DNA of 64,000 nucleotides from Rhizomicrobium sp. (GCA_035549575.1 DASZQP010000073.1:26644-90643), one strand, 5' to 3'. Positions 52,910-63,882 are shown, counted from the stretch's first letter. The notes: a model not told the origin generated them from the letters alone. Numbers and translations are program-made.

Positions 52910-54024
52910 CAGTTCCGCTTGCCGATCCATTCCGCCATCATGTCCATCGCGTGCACGCGATGTTCCTCGCTGTCCTCGAAATAGTGAGCGCCGCGCACGA
53001 ATTCCAGTGTCTTGTCCGCGCTCGCGATGCTGTCGAAGATCTTTCTCGCGTCGCTCGGAAACACGCCCGTGTCGCCGAGGCTCTGGACGACGAGCGCGGG
53101 CACGTCGAGCCTGGCGAGCTGGCGGGGTCCCTGGCACGGCGACGTATCGAGGCCCCACATCGACAGCCATGTGCGCAGCGTGCTCGCGCGGCCGATCCCG
53201 AACGGGCCGCGGTTCGCAAGCCTGGGATCGCCCGCATAGCAGGCCGGACAGGGGCGGTCCGTCGGCTCGATCGCCGGATCCATGAACCGCAGGTCGGCCC
53301 ATGTCCGGAACAGGGGAAAGATGCGGTCGGGAATTCCGGCCGCGTTGAGACGCGCCAGTTCCGCCTGCGCCCAGGCTGTGATGCGCCGGTTGCGCGCGCG
53401 CTGTGCCGCACGATAGCGCGCGACGAATTCCGCCGGGTAGGGCGGACCGTTGGCCGCCTCGAACGGATCGAGCGCGCGGTCGGTCGCGGCCGGATCGGTT
53501 TCGTCGGTGACCGAGGCATCCATCCAGTTGGTGAGCACTTCGGGCCTGCCGGGATGGGCGTTGAGCGAGATGTAGAGATCGCCGCGCGGCAGGTCGGCGA
53601 GCGCCTCGGCCAGCCTGCCCGTGCGCGTCCCGGCCAGGGAGGGCGCTGCGGCCTCCGCCTGATACGCGGCCATCAGCGAGCCGCCGCCGGAATTGCCGAG
53701 GAGCACGATCCTCTCGGCGCCCGCCTCGCGCCGCAGCCAGGCGATGCCCGCCGCGATGTCGGCGAGCGCCTGTTCGAGCATGAAGAGATCCTCCGCCCCG
53801 CGATAGCGTGTGTTCCAGCCGAGGAATCCCAGCCCGCGCGCGGCGAAATAGGGCGCGCCGTAGTGCTCGGAGAAATCGACATTGTAGTGCGTGGCGATCA
53901 CGGCCGTGCGCGGCCGCTTTCCCGCCGGCGTCCAGTAAAGTCCCTGGCAGGGATGCCCTCCCGCGCTGGCGCGCGGCGCCGTCGGCGAGGCGAGGCCGAC
54001 GAACGCGCGTTCGACGGCGCTCAT
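52909..54024 (-). CDS. alpha/beta-fold serine hydrolase
   Basis: Nucleophile elbow LLGNSGGGS. 371 aa. ATG 54024 overlaps the upstream stop (ATGA). Confidence 0.72.
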   Translation of the reverse strand: MSAVERAFVGLASPTAPRASAGGHPCQGLYWTPAGKRPRTAVIATHYNVDFSEHYGAPYFAARGLGFLGWNTRYRGAEDLFMLEQALADIAAGIAWLRREAGAERIVLLGNSGGGSLMAAYQAEAAAPSLAGTRTGRLAEALADLPRGDLYISLNAHPGRPEVLTNWMDASVTDETDPAATDRALDPFEAANGPPYPAEFVARYRAAQRARNRRITAWAQAELARLNAAGIPDRIFPLFRTWADLRFMDPAIEPTDRPCPACYAGDPRLANRGPFGIGRASTLRTWLSMWGLDTSPCQGPRQLARLDVPALVVQSLGDTGVFPSDARKIFDSIASADKTLEFVRGAHYFEDSEEHRVHAMDMMAEWIGKRN

Positions 54025-55016
54025 ACGCGGACCATCAGCTTTCCGTGGTTCCTGCCCGCGAACATGCCCGCCAGCGCGTCCGGCATGCGATCGAAGCCTT
54101 CGACGATTTCGACCGGCGCCTTGATCCTTCCTTCGTCGAGCCAGCGCGCGAGCGCGGCGACGGCCTGGGCGCGGCGATTGTAGAAATCCATCACCACGAA
54201 GCCTTCCATGCGGATGCGCCTGGTGACGAGGAAGCCCGGAACGCCGAACGGTCCCGGCGCGGGCGTGGACGTGTTGTACTGCGAGATCGCCCCGCAGCAG
54301 GCGATCCGGCCGTACAGGTTCATGCGCCTGAGCGCGGCGGCCAGCACCTCGCCGCCCGTATTGTCGAAATAGACGTCGATCCCGTTCGGGCAGTATTCCT
54401 TCAGCGCGCTGTCGAGACCGGCGCTTTTGTAGTCGATGGCTCCGTCGAACCCCAGTTCCTCGACAAGCCATTTGCACTTGCCCGCTCCGCCCGCCGTGCC
54501 GATCACGCGGCAGCCCGACAGGCGGGCGATCTGTCCGGCGATCGACCCCACCGCGCCGGCCGCACCTGATACGAGCACGGTCTCGCCGGCCCTCGGACGG
54601 GCGACGTCGAGCATGCCGAAATACGCGGTGAGTCCGGTGATGCCCAGCACGCCAAGCAGATGTTCGGGCCGGTGCGTGCGGTCGTGCCGCGTGAGCGACC
54701 GCGCGGGCAGGCACGCATATTGCTGCCATCCGTACTCGCCGCTGACGAGATCTCCCGGTTCGAATCCGCTTGCCTTCGAGGAGACGACCTCGCCAAGGCC
54801 CCACCCTGCCATCACCTCGCCGGGCTTGAGCTGCGAGCGGTAGGTCGCGCCCTGCATCCAGGCTCGGCTGGCGGGATCGAGCGAGAGCAGCGTGGTCCGC
54901 ACCAGAACCTCGCCGGCGTTCGGCTCGGCGACCGGCGCTTCCCGCAGATCGAAGTGTTCGGGACCGACTTCCGCCGCCGGCTTTCGTGCGTAGATCCACT
55001 GCCTGTTGACCGCCAT
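54021..55016 (-). CDS. NADP-dependent MDR-family oxidoreductase (YncB / alkenal reductase-like)
   Basis: MAVNRQWIYARKP...; Rossmann motif VLVSGAAGAVGSIAGQIA; 331 aa. Lies 49 nt downstream of the glucan synthase stop. Confidence 0.86.
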   Translation of the reverse strand: MAVNRQWIYARKPAAEVGPEHFDLREAPVAEPNAGEVLVRTTLLSLDPASRAWMQGATYRSQLKPGEVMAGWGLGEVVSSKASGFEPGDLVSGEYGWQQYACLPARSLTRHDRTHRPEHLLGVLGITGLTAYFGMLDVARPRAGETVLVSGAAGAVGSIAGQIARLSGCRVIGTAGGAGKCKWLVEELGFDGAIDYKSAGLDSALKEYCPNGIDVYFDNTGGEVLAAALRRMNLYGRIACCGAISQYNTSTPAPGPFGVPGFLVTRRIRMEGFVVMDFYNRRAQAVAALARWLDEGRIKAPVEIVEGFDRMPDALAGMFAGRNHGKLMVRV

Positions 55017-55065
55017 TCCGTTCTCCCGTGCATGGCCGGAAGCAGCATGGCGCGGTTCGCGGCGA

Positions 55066-58000
55066 TTAGCCAAGAATGATGTGGAGCCTGTGCGACTGGC
55101 CGTCGTCGGCAAGGGCGATGGCGGACCGCTCCTCCTCGCCCAGCATGCGCCCGTCCAGCTTCGCGGCGAGGATTCCGCCGCAGACGCCGAGCGGATTCTC
55201 GACCAGGATCTCGTAGAGCGTCCGGCGGTAGCGGAACGCGATCTCGAACTGCGGCCAGCTGCGCGGTATGCACGGCGCGATCGCCAGCCGGTCCCCGGCG
55301 GGGCGGAAGCCCAGCAGTCCTTCCAGCGCGGCGCGATACATCCAGCCGGCTGAGCCCGTGTACCAGGTCCAGCCTCCACGCCCGGCGTGCGGCGGGACCG
55401 AATAGATGTCCGCGCAGACGACATAGGGCTCTACGCGATAGCGGTACATCCCGGTCCGGTCGTCGGCGTGATGGATCGGGTTCATCAGGGACAGCATCTC
55501 CGCGGCCTTGTCGCCGTCGCCGAGCATGGCGAAGGCGAGCGCCGCCCAGGCCGAGGCGTGGGTGTATTGCCCGCCGTTCTCGCGTACGCCCGGCGGATAG
55601 CCCGCGATGTAGCCCGGATCGCGGCCCGGCGCGTCGAAGGGCGGCGTGAACAGCAGCGAGAGCTTCTCGGACCGGCGGACGAGATATTTGTCGAGCGCCT
55701 CCATCGCCCGCCGGCAGCGTGCGGGGTCCGCGGCGCCGGAGATGACGGCCCAGGATTGGGCGATCGAATCGATGCGGCATGCGTTGTTGGAGACCGAGCC
55801 CAGCGGCGAGCCGTCGTCGAAATACGCGCGCCGGTACCAGTCGCCGTCCCAGCCGTCGCGCTCCAGCGCGATGTCGAGCCGGTCCGCGGCCTCGCGCCAG
55901 CGGCGGCTGCGCGCGCCGTCGCCGCGCCGGTCGGCGATCTCGGCGAACGATCTCAGATTGGCGCAGAGGAACCAGCCCAGCCAGACGCTTTCGCCCTTGC
56001 CGCGCTCGCCCACGCGATTCATGCCGTCGTTCCAGTCGCCGGTGCCCATCAGCGGCAGATCGTGCGGCCCGAACGCCAGGCTCTTCTCCAGCGCCAGCAC
56101 GCAGTGCTCATAGAGGCTTGCCTTGCGGGCCGATACGGCCGGTTCGAAGAAGGAGTCGTGCTCGCCGTCGCGCAGCTGGGGTCCTTCGATGAACGCAACG
56201 CTCTCGTCCAGAATCGCCAGATCGCCGGTCATGGCGGTGTACCGGGCGACCGCATAGACGAGCCAGCAGCAATCGTCCGACACGCGCGAGCGGATGCCGC
56301 GGCCGGATTCGGGCAGCCACCAGTGCTGCACATCGCCCTCGGGGAACTGGCGCGCCGCCGCGCGAAGCAGATGCGCGCGCGCAAGATCGGGGCGGGAAAT
56401 GCAAAGCGCCAGCACGTCCTGCAGCTGGTCGCGAAAACCGTAGGCGCCGCTGGCCTGGTAGAAGCCGGTCCGCGCCCACAGGCGGCACGCGAGCGTCTGA
56501 TAGGGAAGCCAGCGGTTGACGAGGATGTCCAGCGCGCGGTCCGGCGTCCGGATCTGCACGGTTCCCAGGACGTCTTCCCACTGTTTCTCGACCTCGGCCA
56601 GCACCGCATCGAGATCGGCGCTGCGGTATCTGGCGATCAGCGCCTGCGCCTGCGCGCCCGACGCCGTCTGCCCGAGAAGGAAATCCACCTCCGCGCCGGC
56701 GGTCGCGCCGAGCCTGATCTGCGTGGAGAGCGCCGCGCACGGATCGAATCCGGCGCCGACGAGATTGGTGAGCGCGGCCCCCGGCGTCAGCGCGACGGGA
56801 TGGTCGAGCGCCCCGTCCCGGCCGATGAACTCGGTGCGGTCGCAGGTCCATGACGTCTGCTTCCCGCCCAGGTCGGCGAAGGCGACGTGATCGCCGAACT
56901 GCTCGTTCCAGGGATTGCGCGCGAAGATGGCTCCGGTCTGCGGGTCCAGCTCGGTGACGACGAACGGGGCCGTCTGCGAGCGGTTCGGCCCCAGGACCCA
57001 CTCGGCATAGGCGAAGACGGAGAGCCTGCGCGGGCGTCCGGAACGGTTGGAGATCTTGAGCCGGCAGATCTTGATCGGGTCGTCCGTGGGCACGAACACC
57101 ACGAGTTCGAGCGCGATGCCGTGGGAGACATGCTCGAAGCGGCTGTAGCCCTGGCCGTGCCAGATCCAGTAGGGCGCGGACCTCTCGCGGATCGGAAGCG
57201 GCGTCGGCGTCCAGAATTCGCCGGTATCCTCGTCGCGTATATAAAGTGCCTCGCCGGGCGGATCGGAGACGGCATCGTTGGACCACGGCGTGAGGTGATT
57301 CTGCTGGCTGTTGATGGCCCAGGTGCCGCCGCTGCCGTCCGCCGAGATATGGAATCCGAAGTTCGGATTGGCGACGACGTTGACCCACGGCGCGGGCGTG
57401 GCGTCCTTGTCCTCGAGCACGATCAGATATTCCCGGCCGCCGTTCACGAAGCCGCCGAGCCCGTTGCCGAATTCCATCGGCGGGTGCGGAAGGGGAGGCT
57501 CAGGAGGATCCTGGGGGTAGGTCCGGCGCGCGGGCGGCTTTCCGACCGATTTCCGCTCCCGGGCGCGGTTGATCTGCTCGATGAGCGACCCGCGGCCGCC
57601 GTGGAGCACCGCGCGCGCGGCCGATTGGAGGAGCAGGCGCGTTTCCGGGGTCAGGGCATCGGCGCGAAGGGCGAAGACGGAGCCGCGCGCGCTGTCGCTG
57701 GCGAGCTTGGGGAGCGACTGGTTCATGCGCACCAGGCTCTCGATCCCGTTCTGGAAGTCCTGGATGTAGGACGTGGCCCGGTCGTTGACGATCACGAGAT
57801 CGACGGCCAGCAGCTTGAGCCGCCAATATTCGTGCGCGCGCAGGAGCTGGCGCACGAGCTTCAGATCGTCCTCTTCCTCGACGCGCACGAGTATCATGGG
57901 CAGGTCGCCCGAAATCCCGTATGGCCACAGCGTGGAGGACTTGCGGATTCCGCGCGCCAGAATGTCCGCCGGCGGGCGCAGGGTCGGATCGCTGAACAGC

Positions 58001-61000
58001 ACATGGTTCGCGAGGCGCTGGAACAGGTTTGCCTCGTCCGCGCCGATGCCCAGATGGCGCAGCTGCATCTGGCCCTGCGTCCACGCCAGTGTCGAGGCGC
58101 GCTCGAAGGCCTGCACGTCGCGGTGACGGTCCACCAGAGCCAGGATCTCCTCGCGCGTGGCCGCGGCGAGCGTCCAGAAGGCTATGCGCACGGTCGCGCC
58201 GCGCGGAATGCGCACGCGGCGGCGCAGGCTGAAAATGGGATCGAGCACGGCGCCCGCGGTGTTGGACAGCGGCCATCCGTCGGCGATCGCCGATGCGGAG
58301 CGGATGGTCTGCCCGCGTCCGAGGAAGCGCCCGCGATCGGTCTCGAACTGGACGTCTCCGGCCCCTTCGCCGTCCACGACGGCCAGATGCGCGGCCCAGA
58401 CCCTGGGATCGTCCGCCGAACGCTGGCGGCGGTGCGCGAGGATCGCGCCCTCGTCGGCGGCGAATTCGGTCTGCACGAAGAGCTTGGCGAAGGCGGGATG
58501 GGCGATGTCGTCGGCCTGTCGCGCCAGCGCGATCTCGCAATAGGACGTCACCTCGATCTCGCGCATCCGTGCGCCGCGATTGGTGATCGACAGGCGGCGC
58601 ACCTCGCCGTCGTCCTCGGGCGAAACCAGGATTTCCAGCACCGTGGTCAACGAGCCGTCGTTGCGCACGATTTCGGCGCGATCCTCGCTGAAGGTCACCT
58701 CGTAGCCGTCTGGCTCGACCGCCGCCGGCTGGTACGCGGCGGACCAGGTTTCGCCGCTGCGCATGTCCCGCAGGAAGATGTAGTAGCCCCACGGATCGCA
58801 GGTCACATCCTCGCGCCAGCGCGTGATCGCGACGTCGTGCCAGCGGCTGTATCCCGAGCCGGCGGCGGAAATCATCGTGGAATAGCGTCCGTTGGAAAGA
58901 ACATGGGTCCGCGGAATGCGCGAGTGCGCGTTGGTATAGCGGCGCTGGATCTCCGGAACGAGCGCCGCGTGGGTCGTCGCCACGTCGACCTGCATCGGCG
59001 GCGGCTTCGCCAGCGCCACTTCGCGCGGCATGCGCTCCTGCAGCAGCAGCTCCGCCGCCTGGACGATCGGCTCGGCATGGAAGCGGGCGCGCATGAGTCC
59101 GTCGTGCACCGCGTTGGAGATGGCGACCAGCGTCATCGCCTGGTGATGGGCCATGTAGGCGCGGACAACGGCGAACTTCACGCCTTCCGGAAGCCGCGCC
59201 GGCGTGAAGTCGATCGCCTCGTACCAGCCATAGGCGCCGCAAGCGCCCAGGCGGGCCATGCGCGCGTAGTTGGCGGCGGCGGCCGCCGGATCGATCATCG
59301 CCGCAAGGCCGCTCGCATAGGGAGCGATCACCACGTCCTGGATCAGGCCCCGCTTGTAGCCGAGATCGGGAACGCCGAAGCTGGAATATTGATAGGTCTG
59401 GTTCAGGTCGCGCGCGTTGAACGCGGATTCCGACATGCCCCAGGGAACGTCGAGCTCGTTTCCGTATTCCTCCTGCCGCCGCACGACGAGCCGGTTGGTC
59501 TGTTCGAGCAGGCTTCCCGACGGCGCGCGCATGACAAGCGACGGCATCAGGTATTCGAACATCGAACCCGACCACGAGATGAGCCCGGAGCTTTGCAGTA
59601 TCGGCGTCAGCGTCCGGCCGAGACGGAACCAGTGCTCCGCTGGCACGTCGCCCTTGGCGATGGCGTAGAAGCTCGCCAGCCGCGCTTCCGACGCCAGCAG
59701 ATCGTAGAAGCTGGGATCGAGCCGGCCGTCGCTTCCGCGATATCCGATCGACAGCAGCTTGCGTTCGGGGTCGAACAGAAATCCGAATTCCATCGCCGCC
59801 GCCGTGCTGCGCGCCCGCGCCGCGATGGACGACAGCCGGTGCTGGACGAGCTGCGCCGCGCCGCGCGACTTCTCGAGGGCGCTCGCCATGGCGTCGCGTG
59901 CCGCGTTCGCTCCGCCTTCGGCGCGCAGGCGCGAAAGCTCCTCGAGCACCAGATCGCAATGCGCCCCGAGCGTCGCGTAGGTGGGCATCACGTCGAGCAG
60001 GGCCGCGGTCTCGGTGTCGAGTTCGGGAAGCCGGAGCCCCGCCCAGGGCATCATCGTCTCGATGTCGTGCCGGTGCGTCCCGACCGCGGCGCAGAGCGAC
60101 TCGAGGCGCGCGACGACCGCTTCGGGAGCCTGGTCGCGGCGTGCCGCGGCGGAGAGCGCGCCGGCCTGCATCTCGAGGTCGAGGAGGCGGTCGGCCGTCT
60201 GCGCCGGGCCGAAGGGCGTGTCGCGAAGCATCTTCGCGAAGATTTCGATGTCGTCCCGGATCTTGCCCAGCGCCTCCTGGTCCCGCGCGGCTTCCAGCAC
60301 CTCGGTCAGAAGGAGGAGCTCGTCCTCCAGCCCGATCCTCCAGCTGGGATTGACGATCGGGCCCGCCGCCATGTCGCTGCAGGCGTTCGCCAGCGCGATG
60401 AGGTGTCCGGCGAGGTTGCCGCTGTCGACGGAGGAGATGTAGCGCGGCTCGAGCGGCCTCAGATCCGTCGTGTCGTACCAGTTGAAGAAATGCCCGCGGA
60501 ATCGTTCCAGCCTGTCCATCGTTGCGAGCGTGGCCTCGAGCCGGTCCAGCGTTGCCAGCGTTCCCAGCCAGCCGAAGTCGCGCGCCGAAACGGCGGACAG
60601 GAGATAGAGGCCGATATTCGTCGGCGAAGTCCGATGCGCGACGGCCGGATTCGGATCCTCCTGGAAATTGTCCGGGGGAAGATGGTTGTCCGCCGCGGTC
60701 ACGAAGTTGTGGAAGAAGTCCCAGGTCCGCCGCGCGATGAGCCGGAGGGATCGCGCGTCGCCCTCGCCGATCTTCAGATGCGCATCCGGCGGCGCGGGCA
60801 TGCTCGCCCAGCGCGCGACGACCGGCGACAGGACCCACAGCGCCGCGAACGGCGTCGCGATGGGCCAGGTGTGGTGGCCGGCAAGAACGATGACCAGTCC
60901 GACGCAGGCGGCGAAGGCGACGCTCGCGGCGATCTGTGTCGCGAGGTCGCGGCGGTCGAAGGTGGACTGCCGGCTCACCTGCGCCGCCGTCACCCATTCG

Positions 61001-63771
61001 AGAAGCCGGCGGCGGTGGATGAAGAGGCGGCAGAGCGTGCGCACCACCGCATCGACCATCAGCCATGCCTGGTGCGCGAGGAACGTGATCAGGAATCCGC
61101 TCTGCAGGAGCCCTAGCATGAGATCGCGCCCCATCCCGCGCAGGTGATTGCGCAGCGAGGCGCCGGGCCGCGGCGCGAGTCCTGCCGCGGCCGGCAGCAG
61201 CGGCGGCACGACGATCGTGGCGACGATATAGGCGGTCCAGACTTCCGCCGCGGCCGCCGGCAGGAGCCATCCCACCAGCATCGCCAAAAGCGCCGCCGGC
61301 GCGGAAAGCGAGCGCCGGAGATTGTCGAGCAGCTTCCAGCGGCCCATGAGCGGGATGACGACCTTCCTGTCGCATCCTTCGGCCTGCCGGCCCGAGCCGA
61401 ATATCCACGGCAGCAGCTGCCAGTCGCCGCGGGTCCAGCGGTGCTGGCGCGCGGAGGCGACGTCGTAGCGCGAGGGGAATTCCTCCACCACCTCGATGTC
61501 GGAGACGAGGCCCGCACGCGCGAAAATGCCTTCGAGGAGATCGTGGCTGAGGACGCAGTTCTCCGGGATCTGCCCGTTCAGCGCCTCCTCGAAGACGTCG
61601 ACATGGTAGATGCCCTTGCCGCAATAGGAGCCTTCCTCGAACAGGTCCTGGTAGACATCGGACACCGCGAGCGCATAGGGATCCAGCCCGTTGGGACCAG
61701 AGAACACGCGCTGAAACAGCGATCCCTGGCTGCCGGTCGGCAGCGACGGCGTGACTCGCGGCTGCAGCACCGCATGGCCGGCCACCACAAGGCCCTTTTC
61801 CGGATCGAACCGCGGCTGCACCAGCGGATGCGCCATCTTTCCCACCATGCGGCGCGCGGTTCCGATCGGCATGCGCGTGTCGGCGTCGAGGGTGATGACG
61901 TAGCGGACGTTCGCGGGAAGCGCGGGCGCCTGCCCGTCAAGGGCCAGGAACGTCGTGTCCGTCGCGCCGCGCAGGAGCCGGTTCAGCTCGTGGAGCTTTC
62001 CGCGCTTGCGCTCCCAGCCCATCCATTTTCCCTCGCCCTCGTTCCACACACGCCGCCGGTGCAGTAGATAGAAGCGCGCCGCGTTGCCGGGGCTGCGATA
62101 GCGCTCGTTGAGGCGGACGATGCCGTCAACCGCTTCCTGCAGGAGTGCGGCATCCTCCTCGGCGTGCTCCTCCGGCGCATCGCGCCAGTCCGACAGAAGG
62201 GCGAAATAAAGGTTTTCGTCCGGATTGGAGAGATGATGCACCTCCAGCCGCTCGATCTGCTCGCGGATGTCGCCGATGGAGGTGAGCAGGGTCGGCACCA
62301 CCACGATGGTGCGAAGGTCCGGCGGAATGCCGTGGCGCAGCTCGAGCGCGGGCATCCGCACCGCGCCGATCTGCGCGGTCACGATGCGGTTGACCATCGC
62401 CACGGCGACATCGGTGGCCGGCACCGTTCCCACGATCGCGAGCAGGACCAGAATCCAGCCCTCGGCGCCGGTCCGGCCCGCCGTAAGCAGCGCCAGCGCC
62501 AGCACGGCGGCGGTGATGGCGCCGATCAGCCCCACATAGCTCATCACGCCGAGGCACGAATGCAGGCGCAGCAGGCGCGTGCGGAGGGGAACGCGGCAAT
62601 TCAGCGATTTTTCGAAGGCCGGGCGGCCCTGCCCGACGAGGTAGTATCCCGGATCGCGTTCCCGCGGCGGCCCGCCGTCGACTTCCGGCGGACTGCCCGG
62701 CGCGCGGCGGGCCACGGCGACGACGCGCCGCGCGACCTCCGGCTCCTCCAGCCCGCTCTGCCGGGCGAGCGCCTCTATTGCGCGCCGATAGGAATCGCGC
62801 GTCGAGAAATCCATCTCCGCAAACGCGCTGCCCGCGCGCAGGACGGCGTCCACCGGGCTTACGCTTTCGAAGAACTCCGGCCAGTTCACCATCGAGAGCA
62901 GGCGCATGCTCGTGATGACGTTGCGCACGGTCACGTTCATCGCGATCTGCCGCTGCACCTCTTCGCGCACGAGCTCGTCGCTGGTGGTGTGCTCCGCCGC
63001 CAGCCTGTCGTTGAGCCAGCGGAGCGCCGGGGTCTTCTCCGGGTCGCGGTCGCGCAGGCGCTGCGCCAGGTGAACCGCGAACTCTGTGGACCAGGGCGTC
63101 CGGTTCAGGAGATCCACGACCGCTTCGGGCGGTTCGGGTCCGTCGCGGCTGATGACGCGCTCGGCGACGGCATCGGCGCTGCGCCCCGCCTCGAGGCGCA
63201 CGACGATGGCCTCGGCCAGCCGGCGCAAATTCTCGACGAGCGTGATGCGCAGGGTGATCGCGAGTGCCCACAGCTCTCCGATGGTGAGCGGCTGCACGCG
63301 CTGATAGGCTTCGACGAAGCGTGTGAGCTTCTCGATATCGAACGCGCTGTCGGTGTGCGCCACGACCGCCCATGCGATGCCGAACACACGCGGATAGCCG
63401 GCAAGCGGGCCGTCCACGAGTTTCGGCAGCAACCGGTAGAAGCCGGGCGGAAGATCCGCCTTGATCTCGCGGATCTGCCCGTCGACGATGTGAAAATTGT
63501 CGAGCAGCCATTCCGCCGAGGGCGAGATCGCCTGTCCCGCTCGCGCGGCTCTGGCGATGGCGCGGTAGGCCTCGGTCAGGACGTTCGTGTTGTCGTAGAG
63601 GCGCGGCTTGATCGGGCGGCCTGGCCTGCGCTGGGGATCGACACGCTGCGCCGCCGCGAGGCTTTCGGCGTGCTGCTCCATGCGCTCGATGCTGAAAAGC
63701 TCCGCGCGAATGGGCGGCTCCGGCGGCTGGGTGGAGTGTTGCCGGAAAATGCGCGAGCCCGGTGCGTTCAA
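55066..63771 (-). CDS. ndvB: cyclic beta-1,2-glucan synthase (GT84 + GH94 phosphorylase-like domains)
   Basis: 2901-aa single ORF. The N-terminal region (AELFSIERMEQHAESLA...EWLLDNFHIV), central TM block and glycosyltransferase region, and C-terminal GH94-like region (...GGWTWYTGSAGWMYR...) match the ChvB/NdvB/Cgs architecture. Confidence 0.94.
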   Translation of the reverse strand: MNAPGSRIFRQHSTQPPEPPIRAELFSIERMEQHAESLAAAQRVDPQRRPGRPIKPRLYDNTNVLTEAYRAIARAARAGQAISPSAEWLLDNFHIVDGQIREIKADLPPGFYRLLPKLVDGPLAGYPRVFGIAWAVVAHTDSAFDIEKLTRFVEAYQRVQPLTIGELWALAITLRITLVENLRRLAEAIVVRLEAGRSADAVAERVISRDGPEPPEAVVDLLNRTPWSTEFAVHLAQRLRDRDPEKTPALRWLNDRLAAEHTTSDELVREEVQRQIAMNVTVRNVITSMRLLSMVNWPEFFESVSPVDAVLRAGSAFAEMDFSTRDSYRRAIEALARQSGLEEPEVARRVVAVARRAPGSPPEVDGGPPRERDPGYYLVGQGRPAFEKSLNCRVPLRTRLLRLHSCLGVMSYVGLIGAITAAVLALALLTAGRTGAEGWILVLLAIVGTVPATDVAVAMVNRIVTAQIGAVRMPALELRHGIPPDLRTIVVVPTLLTSIGDIREQIERLEVHHLSNPDENLYFALLSDWRDAPEEHAEEDAALLQEAVDGIVRLNERYRSPGNAARFYLLHRRRVWNEGEGKWMGWERKRGKLHELNRLLRGATDTTFLALDGQAPALPANVRYVITLDADTRMPIGTARRMVGKMAHPLVQPRFDPEKGLVVAGHAVLQPRVTPSLPTGSQGSLFQRVFSGPNGLDPYALAVSDVYQDLFEEGSYCGKGIYHVDVFEEALNGQIPENCVLSHDLLEGIFARAGLVSDIEVVEEFPSRYDVASARQHRWTRGDWQLLPWIFGSGRQAEGCDRKVVIPLMGRWKLLDNLRRSLSAPAALLAMLVGWLLPAAAAEVWTAYIVATIVVPPLLPAAAGLAPRPGASLRNHLRGMGRDLMLGLLQSGFLITFLAHQAWLMVDAVVRTLCRLFIHRRRLLEWVTAAQVSRQSTFDRRDLATQIAASVAFAACVGLVIVLAGHHTWPIATPFAALWVLSPVVARWASMPAPPDAHLKIGEGDARSLRLIARRTWDFFHNFVTAADNHLPPDNFQEDPNPAVAHRTSPTNIGLYLLSAVSARDFGWLGTLATLDRLEATLATMDRLERFRGHFFNWYDTTDLRPLEPRYISSVDSGNLAGHLIALANACSDMAAGPIVNPSWRIGLEDELLLLTEVLEAARDQEALGKIRDDIEIFAKMLRDTPFGPAQTADRLLDLEMQAGALSAAARRDQAPEAVVARLESLCAAVGTHRHDIETMMPWAGLRLPELDTETAALLDVMPTYATLGAHCDLVLEELSRLRAEGGANAARDAMASALEKSRGAAQLVQHRLSSIAARARSTAAAMEFGFLFDPERKLLSIGYRGSDGRLDPSFYDLLASEARLASFYAIAKGDVPAEHWFRLGRTLTPILQSSGLISWSGSMFEYLMPSLVMRAPSGSLLEQTNRLVVRRQEEYGNELDVPWGMSESAFNARDLNQTYQYSSFGVPDLGYKRGLIQDVVIAPYASGLAAMIDPAAAAANYARMARLGACGAYGWYEAIDFTPARLPEGVKFAVVRAYMAHHQAMTLVAISNAVHDGLMRARFHAEPIVQAAELLLQERMPREVALAKPPPMQVDVATTHAALVPEIQRRYTNAHSRIPRTHVLSNGRYSTMISAAGSGYSRWHDVAITRWREDVTCDPWGYYIFLRDMRSGETWSAAYQPAAVEPDGYEVTFSEDRAEIVRNDGSLTTVLEILVSPEDDGEVRRLSITNRGARMREIEVTSYCEIALARQADDIAHPAFAKLFVQTEFAADEGAILAHRRQRSADDPRVWAAHLAVVDGEGAGDVQFETDRGRFLGRGQTIRSASAIADGWPLSNTAGAVLDPIFSLRRRVRIPRGATVRIAFWTLAAATREEILALVDRHRDVQAFERASTLAWTQGQMQLRHLGIGADEANLFQRLANHVLFSDPTLRPPADILARGIRKSSTLWPYGISGDLPMILVRVEEEDDLKLVRQLLRAHEYWRLKLLAVDLVIVNDRATSYIQDFQNGIESLVRMNQSLPKLASDSARGSVFALRADALTPETRLLLQSAARAVLHGGRGSLIEQINRARERKSVGKPPARRTYPQDPPEPPLPHPPMEFGNGLGGFVNGGREYLIVLEDKDATPAPWVNVVANPNFGFHISADGSGGTWAINSQQNHLTPWSNDAVSDPPGEALYIRDEDTGEFWTPTPLPIRERSAPYWIWHGQGYSRFEHVSHGIALELVVFVPTDDPIKICRLKISNRSGRPRRLSVFAYAEWVLGPNRSQTAPFVVTELDPQTGAIFARNPWNEQFGDHVAFADLGGKQTSWTCDRTEFIGRDGALDHPVALTPGAALTNLVGAGFDPCAALSTQIRLGATAGAEVDFLLGQTASGAQAQALIARYRSADLDAVLAEVEKQWEDVLGTVQIRTPDRALDILVNRWLPYQTLACRLWARTGFYQASGAYGFRDQLQDVLALCISRPDLARAHLLRAAARQFPEGDVQHWWLPESGRGIRSRVSDDCCWLVYAVARYTAMTGDLAILDESVAFIEGPQLRDGEHDSFFEPAVSARKASLYEHCVLALEKSLAFGPHDLPLMGTGDWNDGMNRVGERGKGESVWLGWFLCANLRSFAEIADRRGDGARSRRWREAADRLDIALERDGWDGDWYRRAYFDDGSPLGSVSNNACRIDSIAQSWAVISGAADPARCRRAMEALDKYLVRRSEKLSLLFTPPFDAPGRDPGYIAGYPPGVRENGGQYTHASAWAALAFAMLGDGDKAAEMLSLMNPIHHADDRTGMYRYRVEPYVVCADIYSVPPHAGRGGWTWYTGSAGWMYRAALEGLLGFRPAGDRLAIAPCIPRSWPQFEIAFRYRRTLYEILVENPLGVCGGILAAKLDGRMLGEEERSAIALADDGQSHRLHIILG

Positions 63772-63882
63772 GGCAGGCAGCCCCTTTTGGATGTCGAGCC
63801 GGAGCCGTGAGACTGCAAGCGCGGGGCGCGGGGATGCGCTCGCGATCAGCGCGCGGTGCCGGAATACCGGGAAAAACGTCTG

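Noticed and set aside
56887-61624. 1409-aa plus-strand and 1374-aa minus-strand alternative-frame ORFs inside ndvB (also 55387..56853, 62164..63810)
   Set aside because: The 2901-aa frame has the recognisable cyclic glucan synthase architecture. The alternative frames are Arg/Gly/Pro-rich with no motifs.
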